64,000 nucleotides of DNA from Bacteroidota bacterium (GCA_016868455.1 VGGV01000013.1:11040-75039), one strand, 5' to 3'; shown: positions 56,750-64,000, counted from the stretch's first letter. Notes: generated by a model not told the origin, from the letters alone. Made by a program: numbers and translations.

Positions 56750-58084
56750 TTATTTAGTTGTTAAGGTAAACCCATTTTTAATATCTGCACCCAATTGCTT
56801 CAGATGTTCATAAAAATCAGGATAGGATTTATTCACCGCCTGTGCTTCTTCTATTATCGTTATATCATTTGCTTTTAATGCCGCAACCGCACAAGCCATG
56901 GCAATACGGTGGTCATGATGTGAATGGACATCAGCGCCTTTAACGGTTCCTCCGCCATGTACAATCATTATATCATCTTCCAAATCTATCTGCACTCCCA
57001 TTTTATCAAATTCATCCTGCAATGCAATTGCCCTGCTGCTTTCTTTGTGCGTAAGTCTTGAAACAGCTTTAATTGTTGTTGCGCCCCTGCAGTAAGCTGC
57101 CAGCGATACCAGTGGCGGAAAAAGATCAGGACAATCAGTTGCATCAAAATAAAACCCATCCATTTTCCCCGGATGTACAGTGATTCCTTTTGCATCCATT
57201 GCCATAGCTGCGTTGGCAGCCATCAGTGCATCCACAATTGCCCTGTCTGCCTGTACAGAAGACAAATCCAGTCCCCTTACGGTTAGTGGCCCGGCAATAG
57301 CGCCGGCTACTAATAAAAATGCACCACTGCTCCAGTCACCTTCAACGGTGTAAGCCCCCCTGAATCCCCCCGCAGGGGGGACCTTCAAAGAGTCATGATA
57401 AAATATAAATTCTTCAAAGTTTTTATTCTCAGGAACATTCAGTCCGAATTTTCTCATCACATCAAGGGTCAGGTTTATGTATGGTCTGCTTTTAAGATTG
57501 CGAACTTTTATAGTCATAGTTGAACTACGGGGTTCCAAAGTCCCTCTTTGGTAGGGATGTAGGGAGGCCGAATATGCCATCAGCAATCCCGTAAGGAATT
57601 GTGAACTCAACGAACCATCCACCTCTATATTCTTTGGCCGAAGAGGGCCTTTAATTGTTAGTGGCGGTTTTCCGTTATTACTTTTAATACTTACACCAAG
57701 TTGCGGCAGAATTTCATCAAAAAATTCCATGGGCCTGTGCAACAAACTCCCGGTTCCATTAATAGTTATTTCTTTATCACTCAGGGCAGCCAGGGGAGCG
57801 AACATTCTTATACCCAGCCCCGATTCACCGCAGTTAATTTCATTTGCAACAGGGTTTACACCTTTGCTTGTCACAATCAGTTCCGAATCATCTGTTTTAA
57901 CTTCTGCTCCCAACACTTTGATGATTTCAAGCGCTGCTTTATCATCGTTACTATAACCTGGGCTGATGATTCTCGTTTCACCCCTGCTGAGTAATGCGGC
58001 GGCACAGGCCCGCTGCATGGAGCTTTTGGAAGCCGGGGCATGAACACTGCCTGTTAATTTCGATGGGCGAATGGTAATCTTCAC
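56750..58084 (-). CDS. aroA: 3-phosphoshikimate 1-carboxyvinyltransferase (EPSP synthase)
   Basis: PASKSSMQRA..AA, VEGDWSSGAF, and DHRIAMA near the C-terminus. It lies between aroB and aroC. Confidence 0.93.
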   Translation of the reverse strand: MKITIRPSKLTGSVHAPASKSSMQRACAAALLSRGETRIISPGYSNDDKAALEIIKVLGAEVKTDDSELIVTSKGVNPVANEINCGESGLGIRMFAPLAALSDKEITINGTGSLLHRPMEFFDEILPQLGVSIKSNNGKPPLTIKGPLRPKNIEVDGSLSSQFLTGLLMAYSASLHPYQRGTLEPRSSTMTIKVRNLKSRPYINLTLDVMRKFGLNVPENKNFEEFIFYHDSLKVPPAGGFRGAYTVEGDWSSGAFLLVAGAIAGPLTVRGLDLSSVQADRAIVDALMAANAAMAMDAKGITVHPGKMDGFYFDATDCPDLFPPLVSLAAYCRGATTIKAVSRLTHKESSRAIALQDEFDKMGVQIDLEDDIMIVHGGGTVKGADVHSHHDHRIAMACAVAALKANDITIIEEAQAVNKSYPDFYEHLKQLGADIKNGFTLTTK

Positions 58085-59104
58085 TTATAAATCTCCTATA
58101 ATTTTTCCAAGCTGATCTAATGAAATTGATTTAACCACCCCTTTACCGATGCTCTCCAGCAGCACATAATTCATTTCCTTTTTTTCCCTCTTCTTGTCCA
58201 TCTTCAGCACATCAAATACTTTTTGCCTGTCAAAAGATGCGTAGGCGGGGAGGTTATATTGCTGCAATAATGCCGCAACTCTTTCCGTTTGTTTAAACCT
58301 GCATAATTGCCGGGAAATATGACAGGCATAGGTCATGCCAATGGAAATGGCCTGACCATGGGATAACTCATATTGCGTTTCCAGAGCATGGCCGATGGTA
58401 TGACCAAAGTTCAGCAACCTTCTTTCTCCTTTTTCAAACTCATCCTTCTGCACCACTTTTATTTTGATGAGTGCATTCCGCTGCACCAGTTCACAAATGG
58501 ATTTTTGACGGCTCCGGTATTGTTTCAGCGTTTTATTTTCCAGTTCAGCAAACAGGGCAGCATCCTTGATACAGGCATGCTTGATGATTTCGGCAAAACC
58601 ATTTTCCCATTCCGGCTGAGGCAGCGAGTTCAGGAAAACCATATCATGCAGAATAAAAGAAGGCTGGCGGATAGTCCCTATCATATTTTTATAAACTCCC
58701 ACATCAATCCCGTTCTTGCCGCCAATGGAAGCATCCACCAATCCCAGCAGAGAAGTGGGGATAAAACCAAAACGTATGCCCCGCATATAAATAGATGCCA
58801 CATAGCCGGTAATATCTGTTATTACACCGCCGCCCACTCCCACCAGGGTTGTTTTGCGGTCAGCTTCCATTTCGGCTAACTGTTCAATGATGGCATCTGC
58901 CGTAGCCTGTACTTTGTATTCTTCTCCGGGTTTTAAAACAATAGTATTCCAGTTTTTGAACCGCTGGGTATGGGCGTTGTAAACATGTTCATCGGTTATC
59001 AAAACCGTGGTCAGCGGATCGGTTATCTCTTTTAAATGACTGATACCGTATGCAGGATAAAAATCAGTTGAGGAACCGGAAAACCTGAATGTAATCTTCT
59101 TCAT
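58085..59104 (-). CDS. aroB: 3-dehydroquinate synthase
   Basis: LVGVGGGVITDITGYVA, GGKNGID, and the FGHTIGHALE metal site. Confidence 0.93.
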   Translation of the reverse strand: MKKITFRFSGSSTDFYPAYGISHLKEITDPLTTVLITDEHVYNAHTQRFKNWNTIVLKPGEEYKVQATADAIIEQLAEMEADRKTTLVGVGGGVITDITGYVASIYMRGIRFGFIPTSLLGLVDASIGGKNGIDVGVYKNMIGTIRQPSFILHDMVFLNSLPQPEWENGFAEIIKHACIKDAALFAELENKTLKQYRSRQKSICELVQRNALIKIKVVQKDEFEKGERRLLNFGHTIGHALETQYELSHGQAISIGMTYACHISRQLCRFKQTERVAALLQQYNLPAYASFDRQKVFDVLKMDKKREKKEMNYVLLESIGKGVVKSISLDQLGKIIGDL

Positions 59105-59142
59105 TTATAGTTTTTGACACTCCTCCTTTGAATGCAGAGGCG

Positions 59143-60231
59143 TTACCCGTCTATCACTTTCTTCTGATGATTGATACTTTCCATATGTACTGCATCAAAG
59201 TACCGGGTGATGAATTCTTTGCTTAATCCCACCTTATCTCCCCGGGCCGTTGCCCTTTCAATTACCTCATTCCAGCGGCTGGTTTGTAAAATAGTAATGT
59301 TGTTCTCCTTTTTGTATTCACCAATCTGTTCGGCTATTTTCATCCTCCGGCCCAACATCTGTATCAATTCTTCATCCAGCTGATTGATCTGTTGCCGCAG
59401 TCTTTCCAGTGCCGCATGATATTCTTCTGAATTTACATCTTCCCTCCTCCAGATGATACTGTTCAGCATTTCTGCCAAACGTTCCGGCGTCACCTGCTGC
59501 TTCGCATCGCTCCATGCATTATCAGGATCCATATGGCTTTCAATCATCAGTCCGTCATAATCCAGGTCAATTGCTTTTTGCATTGTATCCAGCAAAGTAT
59601 CCCGGCGGCCACAAATATGCGAAGGGTCATTTATGAAGGGCATACCGGGATGTTTCAGCTTCATATCAATGGCCAGGTGCCACATGGGAGCATTTCGGTA
59701 TTCAGTATTACCATATGAACTGAAACCACGGTGTATCAGCCCAATCTTTTTTACACCGGCTCTCGCCACTCTTTCCACGGCCCCTGCCCACAGTTCCAGG
59801 TCGGGGTTGATGGGATTCTTTATCATGACCGGCACATCCACGCCCCGCAGCGCATCCGCCACTTCCTGAACACTAAAGGGATTTACCGTGGTTCTTGCGC
59901 CAATCCAGAGTACATCCACATCAAAGGTGAGGGCATCCTGCACCTGCTTGGCTGTGGCTACTTCTATTGTTGTGGGTAACCCGGTTAATTTCTTCGCCTG
60001 CTGCAACCATGACAAACCTTTTGCGCCAACCCCTTCAAACATACCCGGCTTGGTACGGGGTTTCCAGATTCCTGCCCGCAGCATATCAACCATACCTGTC
60101 GCTGCCAGACGTTGTGCCGTGGCAACCACCTGCTCTTCCGTTTCAGCGCTGCAGGGCCCGCTGATGATAAGCGGACATTTAGCCCAAACCACCTCTGTTT
60201 GCCCTTTTATCGCCTGTTCTGTTGTTTGCAT
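59143..60231 (-). CDS. Bifunctional DAHP synthase (type I-beta, KDO8PS-like) / chorismate mutase (AroQ, C-terminal)
   Basis: The N-terminal ~270 aa resemble I-beta DAHPS (IISGPCSAE, GIWKPRT.P..F.G, DPSH). The C-terminal ~90 aa form a CM_2 helix bundle (LRQQINQLDEELIQMLGRRMKIAEQIGEYK). Confidence 0.88.
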   Translation of the reverse strand: MQTTEQAIKGQTEVVWAKCPLIISGPCSAETEEQVVATAQRLAATGMVDMLRAGIWKPRTKPGMFEGVGAKGLSWLQQAKKLTGLPTTIEVATAKQVQDALTFDVDVLWIGARTTVNPFSVQEVADALRGVDVPVMIKNPINPDLELWAGAVERVARAGVKKIGLIHRGFSSYGNTEYRNAPMWHLAIDMKLKHPGMPFINDPSHICGRRDTLLDTMQKAIDLDYDGLMIESHMDPDNAWSDAKQQVTPERLAEMLNSIIWRREDVNSEEYHAALERLRQQINQLDEELIQMLGRRMKIAEQIGEYKKENNITILQTSRWNEVIERATARGDKVGLSKEFITRYFDAVHMESINHQKKVIDG

Positions 60232-60236
60232 CCGTA

Positions 60237-60244
60237 CAAATTTA
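60237..60244 (-). promoter_or_regulatory. Candidate -7 box TAAATTTG only 5 nt upstream of the DAHPS/CM ATG
   Basis: Matches TAnnTTTG on the minus strand. The spacing would give a leaderless or near-leaderless mRNA. Confidence 0.3.
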
Positions 60245-60379
60245 TGTTATTATGTTGTCATCTTTAGTTCCCTGGGCATCGTCCCTTGCGTCGCACACTT
60301 CATCGTTCTGTTTGCTGCTCAGCTATACTTCAACGATTACATTCTGTTTTCAAATTTTCTTTCATTTGTATTTTATGTT

Positions 60380-60467
60380 GAACCCCTCCGGGGTTCTTAA
60401 AAACATTTCATTCATTGTTTACCCCGGATTAAAATCCGGGGCAATTGAGATATCGCCCCGCCGGGGC
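60380..60467. repeat. Cluster of three GC-rich hairpins (GAACCCC-TCC-GGGGTTC; CCCCGGA-TTAAAA-TCCGGGG; GCCCC-GCC-GGGGC)
   Basis: Read directly at 60380-60396, 60422-41 and 60455-67. None has a strong U-tract. Confidence 0.75.
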
Positions 60468-60669
60468 TGAGTTCACAATCACTCATCATCTTCCTTTTTT
60501 TCTTGCACTGCCATGTCCTTTATGCCCGCTTAACTTTTCTTCACATTTATGAACGATATTGGAGTTTGAGTCTTTAACTTCTTCAAAGTAAACATCCTGT
60601 ATATTATCAATAATCCTTGTTTTATATACAATCCTTTCATCTGCAGAAGATTCATGCCCAACAATTTGT

Positions 60670-61341
60670 TCATACTTTATCTTCCGTGCTTTCAAAACCG
60701 GTCGAAGCCAGTTCAAAAATCGCTTTCTCTCCCTTTTCTTTTTCCAGCACCGTATTTGCCAGGGCAAAGGATGTAATATGGGAGATGTGACTTACATAGG
60801 CCGCATGCAGGTCATGTGCATTGGCCTCCATCTCCAGCAGGTGCATGCCAATTTTTTGATACATGTGCTTCACCCAATCCAGCGCATCTGCATCACTTTC
60901 TTCAGCATTGCAAATGATCACTGCTTTGTTTTCAAATGCATTTCTTACCGCTGCTTCAGGGCCGCTGTATTCCGTTCCCCACATCGGGTGAGTGGCCACA
61001 TATCTGCCTCGCTTTGGATGACCTTTTACCACATCAATCAGTTGCGATTTAGTAGAACCTGAATCCAGCACTATCTGCCTGTCTGCTTTATCCAGTATTA
61101 CCGGCAGCAGGGAAACCAAAGCATCCACCGGTATTGCCAGTATTATTACATCCGACTGCTGTATAGCTTCATCCAGCGGCATAATTTCATCTACCAGTTC
61201 CAGTTCCGCTGCTTTCTTTGCATGTTCCTCATTTACATCCACACCAATCAGTTTTGAAGACAGTTTCTTCTCATGAAGCTGAATAGCCAGCGAGCCGCCA
61301 ATCAGTCCGACTCCAATTATTGTAATTCTTTTTCGTTCCAT
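60670..61341 (-). pseudogene. tyrA: Prephenate dehydrogenase, apparently truncated at the C-terminus (223 aa, ends ...ELASTGFESTEDKV*)
   Basis: The N-terminus ITIIGVGLIGGSLA and the core HDLHAAYVSHISHITSFALA are clear TyrA. Homologs I know continue after GFxST with RLAKSSP.MW and about 55 more residues, which are missing here. It may still be expressed as a CDS. Confidence 0.65.
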
Positions 61342-61347
61342 ATTTTT

Positions 61348-61458
61348 TCAGGGCTAAAGCCCGGTTAAGTGTTGCTTCATACACCGGCCTTTGCCATAGG
61401 CATCCCGGCGGGGAAGGCCAGAGTTAATAACATGATCAGCTACGGGCTTTAGCCCTGA
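61348..61458. repeat. Perfect 16-bp inverted repeat TCAGGGCTAAAGCCCG / CGGGCTTTAGCCCTGA bracketing the aminotransferase-tyrA junction
   Basis: Arms at 61348-61363 (5 nt upstream of the tyrA ATG) and 61443-61458 (inside the last codons of the aminotransferase, encoding RAKAR). An inner stem GGCCTT...AAGGCC is also present. Confidence 0.8.
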
Positions 61459-62602
61459 TACGCTGCAAAGCCTCATCAATTTTTTCTTCCTTATTGCACA
61501 AGCTCACCCTTATATATGTTTCACCGGCGCTGCCGACTATTCCGCCGGGAGTGATAAATACATTTTTACTATACAGCACTTTGTCACTTAGTTGATACCC
61601 GTTTTTATATTTTTGGGGTACGGCTGCCCAAACGAATAAACCTGCCTGCCCTGTTGAATAAAGGCAACCTAACACATCCAGCAGCTCAAATACTTTTTTT
61701 CTTCTTGCTTTATATACTTTATTTACTTCATCATGCCATTCCTTTCCCAAAGTCAGCGCTTGGGCAGCAGCCAACTGCACAGGCAAGAACATGCCGCTGT
61801 CCATATTGCTTTTGAAACGCAGCACTTCCTCTATTCTTTCTTTTGCCCCGGACAGCATACCCACCCTCCAGCCGGCCATATTATGACTTTTGCTGAGTGA
61901 GTTCAGTTCAATCACAATGTTTTTTGCGCCCTCAATTGATAAAAGGCTAAGCGGATTTTCATTAAGTATAAAACTGTACGGGTTATCATGAACGACCATG
62001 ATATTATGCTTCTTACCAAACGCTACAATTTTTTCAAATAATTCTTTTGAAGGCAGTTGCCCCGTTGGCATCTGCGGATAGTTGACAACCATGAGTTTTA
62101 CCTTCTTCAGCTTTCGCTTTTCCAGCTTATTAAAATCCGGTTCATAATTATTCTTTGCCCGGAGTTTATATTCCACACATTTTCCTCCCGCCAGTTTTAC
62201 AGCTGCACTGTAAGTCGGGTATCCGGGATTGGGCACCAGCGCTTCATCACCTTCATTCAGATACGTCATACACATATGCATAATACCTTCCTTGCTGCCA
62301 ATCAGCGGCAATATTTCGGTGTCAGCATTTAAATCCACATTATACCATTTCTTATACCAGTCGCTCATCGCCCTGCGCAGTACCGGCGAACCCTTGTAGG
62401 ACTGGTAAGCATGCACATCAGGTTTTGCAGATTCTTCCTGCAATACTTTTATCACATCCGGGTGCGGGGGCAGGTCGGGACTGCCAATACCGAGATTGAT
62501 AATATTCTTTCCCTGTTTATTCAGCTCATCAATCTCCCGCAGCTTTTGTGAGAAATAATACTCGCCAATCCCTTTCAGTCTTTCAGCTGTTTTTATTTCC
62601 AT
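61436..62602 (-). CDS. Class I/II PLP-dependent aminotransferase (probable aromatic/prephenate aminotransferase, from context)
   Basis: Fold-type I motifs with the PLP lysine in NSLSKSHNMAGWRVG. It sits between pheA and tyrA. Confidence 0.85.
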   Translation of the reverse strand: MEIKTAERLKGIGEYYFSQKLREIDELNKQGKNIINLGIGSPDLPPHPDVIKVLQEESAKPDVHAYQSYKGSPVLRRAMSDWYKKWYNVDLNADTEILPLIGSKEGIMHMCMTYLNEGDEALVPNPGYPTYSAAVKLAGGKCVEYKLRAKNNYEPDFNKLEKRKLKKVKLMVVNYPQMPTGQLPSKELFEKIVAFGKKHNIMVVHDNPYSFILNENPLSLLSIEGAKNIVIELNSLSKSHNMAGWRVGMLSGAKERIEEVLRFKSNMDSGMFLPVQLAAAQALTLGKEWHDEVNKVYKARRKKVFELLDVLGCLYSTGQAGLFVWAAVPQKYKNGYQLSDKVLYSKNVFITPGGIVGSAGETYIRVSLCNKEEKIDEALQRIRAKARS

Positions 62603-63423
62603 AAGCCTCTTTTATATATTCCGTAAATTTTTACTGCTTCCGTCAATGGCCTTATTTCCTCCATTACGTTGTTAAACTGTTCCACCGTATCAAATTCCAT
62701 ATCCGCATGAAAAGCGTATTTAAAATCTGTGCCCGGAATGGGAAAGCTCTGCAGTTTGCTCAGGTTGACACCGCCTTCGGCAATTTTGGCCAGCACCCTG
62801 GCTAAGCTTCCCCTTGAATAGTTGGTGTGAAAAGTAACCGATGCTTTGTCAGCATTTTCTACCGGCACTGCCCTGTCTTCTTTTTGCAGCATAAGGAACC
62901 GGGTGTAGTTGTTCTTCATAGTATGGATGTTTGGTGCCATTACTTCAAGTCCGTACAGTTCCGCTGCCAGTTTGCTGGCTATGGCAGCAATATGTTTGCT
63001 TTTATGCTGGTGAATATGCTGTGCACTCAGAGCAGTATCATCTGTCTCCACCAGTTTCCATTTATACTTGTCCAGGAACTCATAGCATTGCTGCAACGCC
63101 ATGGTATGTGAGTGTACTTCCCTGATGTCTTCCAGTTTTACTCCCTGATTCACCAGCAGGTTTTGCCGTATCTGCAGATAAATTTCGCCGGCAATTTTCA
63201 GGCTGCTTTTATGCAGCAGGTTATAATTAGGTAAAATACTTCCCGCAATGGAGTTCTCAATGGCCATCACCCCGCCATCGCTTTCTTTGCTATTGGAAGC
63301 CCCCCGTACCGCCTCTTTAAATGTATCGCAGGGAATTACAGTGACTTTTTTCCCAAAGAATAGCCGGGCTGCCAACTGATGGAAGCTGCCTTCGTAGCCC
63401 TGTATAGATATTTTTTTAACCAT
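62593..63423 (-). CDS. pheA: Prephenate dehydratase (PDT + ACT domains)
   Basis: ISIQGYEGSFHQLAA, the TRF motif (NNYTRFLML), and a C-terminal ACT domain with the ESRP-equivalent region (LSKLQSFPIPG). Confidence 0.93.
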   Translation of the reverse strand: MVKKISIQGYEGSFHQLAARLFFGKKVTVIPCDTFKEAVRGASNSKESDGGVMAIENSIAGSILPNYNLLHKSSLKIAGEIYLQIRQNLLVNQGVKLEDIREVHSHTMALQQCYEFLDKYKWKLVETDDTALSAQHIHQHKSKHIAAIASKLAAELYGLEVMAPNIHTMKNNYTRFLMLQKEDRAVPVENADKASVTFHTNYSRGSLARVLAKIAEGGVNLSKLQSFPIPGTDFKYAFHADMEFDTVEQFNNVMEEIRPLTEAVKIYGIYKRGLWK

Positions 63424-63427
63424 GTAT

Positions 63428-63461
63428 AAAATAAAAATCCCGGCCTTTTCTGACCGGGATT
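63428..63461 (-). terminator. Attenuator terminator (segments 3:4): AATCCCGG-N10-CCGGGATT + TTTTTATTTT, ending 4-5 nt before the pheA ATG
   Basis: Read on the minus strand. See the first finding for the alternative pairings. Confidence 0.75.
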
Positions 63462-63484
63462 CTTATGCTGATTTTTAGTTGTTT

Positions 63485-63574
63485 TTATTTGCCTGTCAGC
63501 AAAAGCATACCCGGCCTTTTTCCAAAAAAGAAATAATAAAAGTAATAGCCCCGGTATGCTTTAATGAACGTCAT
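63485..63574 (-). CDS. Putative aromatic-operon leader peptide MTFIKAYRGYYFYYFFFGKRPGMLLLTGK (29 aa)
   Basis: My own translation; the ORF is below the track cut-off. Codons 10-17 are eight consecutive Tyr/Phe codons. It is preceded by a consensus-like promoter and followed by antiterminator/terminator structures and then pheA. Confidence 0.7.
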   Translation of the reverse strand: MTFIKAYRGYYFYYFFFGKRPGMLLLTGK

Positions 63575-63578
63575 AAAA

Positions 63579-63609
63579 CAAATGTAGTTTTTGATCCGCT
63601 TACTTCCAA
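63579..63609 (-). promoter_or_regulatory. Candidate promoter of the leader/pheA transcript: TTG-20 nt-TACATTTG
   Basis: On the minus strand, TACATTTG (63579-63586) matches TAnnTTTG, with TTG at 63607-63609. The -33/-7 spacing is the same as in the rpsJ candidate. The leader ATG starts 4 nt after the box. Confidence 0.5.
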
Positions 63610-63687
63610 CAGGAATCCATAAATGATTTTCTCCGTCCTCCGGTTTCGGCGTCCCTGCCCGCCATCAATTATTTAATAATAATGTGA

Positions 63688-64000
63688 TCAGGCGGGATTC
63701 ATACGGATCTTTCTGCCACGGTAGTTCTTCCCATCAATAGCTTTTATCATTTTTTTAGCCGCTGACGAATCCACTTCTACCCAGCTGTTCATCTCCTTCA
63801 TATCAATTTTGCCAAGTACCTCCTTTCTCAGGTCACTCATATCCAGTATGAATTGCAGAAAGCTGGCTTTGTAAAAACCATCCTTAGTACCAAGGTTTAC
63901 AAACAAGCGCCGGTAATTACCTTCTCCGGATCTTCTTCCCCTTGTATCCCGGCCGTTACCTCTTTCCGGCTTCTCTCCCCGGCGATCTCCTCTTCTCTCT
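63688..64000 (-). CDS. DEAD-box RNA helicase, C-terminal fragment (Arg/Gly-rich linker + DbpA RNA-binding domain); the N-terminus lies beyond the right edge
   Basis: The track ORF 63688-63906 begins at an internal TTG. The frame stays open to the window edge (…ERRGDRRGEKPERGNGRDTRGRRSGEGNYRRLFVNLGTKDGF…IKAIDGKNYRGRKIRMN), which is a typical DbpA-domain tail. Confidence 0.8.
   Translation of the reverse strand, partial: ERRGDRRGEKPERGNGRDTRGRRSGEGNYRRLFVNLGTKDGFYKASFLQFILDMSDLRKEVLGKIDMKEMNSWVEVDSSAAKKMIKAIDGKNYRGRKIRMNPA

Noticed and set aside
57345-57395. Hairpin CCCCCC-GCA-GGGGGG inside aroA (encoding VPPAGGFRGAY), and a second hairpin CCAAAG-N5-CTTTGG at about 57530-57550, considered as in-frame repeat insertions.
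   Set aside because: Comparison with the E. coli AroA region before VEGD shows only about a 3-residue length difference in a variable loop. That is not enough to call an insertion without an ortholog alignment.
60486-60767. The track's 93-aa ORF taken at face value as a gene.
   Set aside because: Its first ~32 codons overlap the tyrA coding region in another frame and look like a shadow, and no in-frame ATG exists after the tyrA stop. I report it only as part of the tyrA-truncation finding.
1-64000. Search of the whole window for mobile elements, integrases, prophage genes, toxin-antitoxin pairs, restriction-modification genes, CRISPR-Cas or known defense-system domains, and for rRNA/tRNA genes.
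   Set aside because: None was found. Every large ORF has a housekeeping or cell-envelope assignment, and the only 'system-like' novelties are regulatory RNAs, repeats and operon architecture.

Overview
This is a 64-kb chromosomal window from a Bacteroidota genome, probably Chitinophagaceae- or Sphingobacteriia-like. The lineage call rests on a T9SS C-terminal sorting domain, TAnnTTTG -7 promoter boxes, no Shine-Dalgarno signals and mid-40s %GC judged by eye. The content is almost all core genes, mostly on the minus strand. From left to right: apbC, hbd, ribD, prmC, exbBD, an SPFH protein, pepT, an FKBP isomerase and a DUF1343 protein. Next is a protoglobin-DUF2024-MarR trio, then fmt, an RsmB/F methyltransferase, pntAA-pntAB-pntB, folA-thyA, proline dehydrogenase, acyltransferases and rpsA. 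After that comes a complete S10-spc ribosomal block (rpsJ to secY-map, 23 r-protein genes including an rpmD missed by the ORF track). fusA stands alone, cut off from rpsJ by a secreted beta-helix/PA14 gene. A cell-wall trio follows (OmpA/TSP3, L,D-transpeptidase, VanX-like dipeptidase). The window ends with an aromatic amino-acid supraoperon: pheA, aminotransferase, tyrA, DAHP synthase/chorismate mutase, aroB, aroA, a sulfatase and aroC. I found no rRNA, tRNA, CRISPR, IS, integrase, prophage or recognisable defense genes. The most interesting signals are non-coding or architectural: (1) a textbook four-segment transcription attenuator upstream of pheA, with a 29-codon leader peptide holding eight consecutive Tyr/Phe codons; (2) a tyrA that loses its C-terminal ~60 codons to an AT-rich segment followed by three stacked GC hairpins; (3) a bacterial protoglobin in a tight operon with DUF2024 and a Cys-rich MarR regulator; (4) a dispersed REP-like palindrome, CCCGATAGCTATCGGG, with 7 copies mostly inside r-protein operon spacers and the rpsA 5' UTR; (5) an unusually fragmented str/S10/spc/alpha arrangement. 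Hand-derived coordinates may be off by 1-2 nt. No database search or folding calculation was possible.
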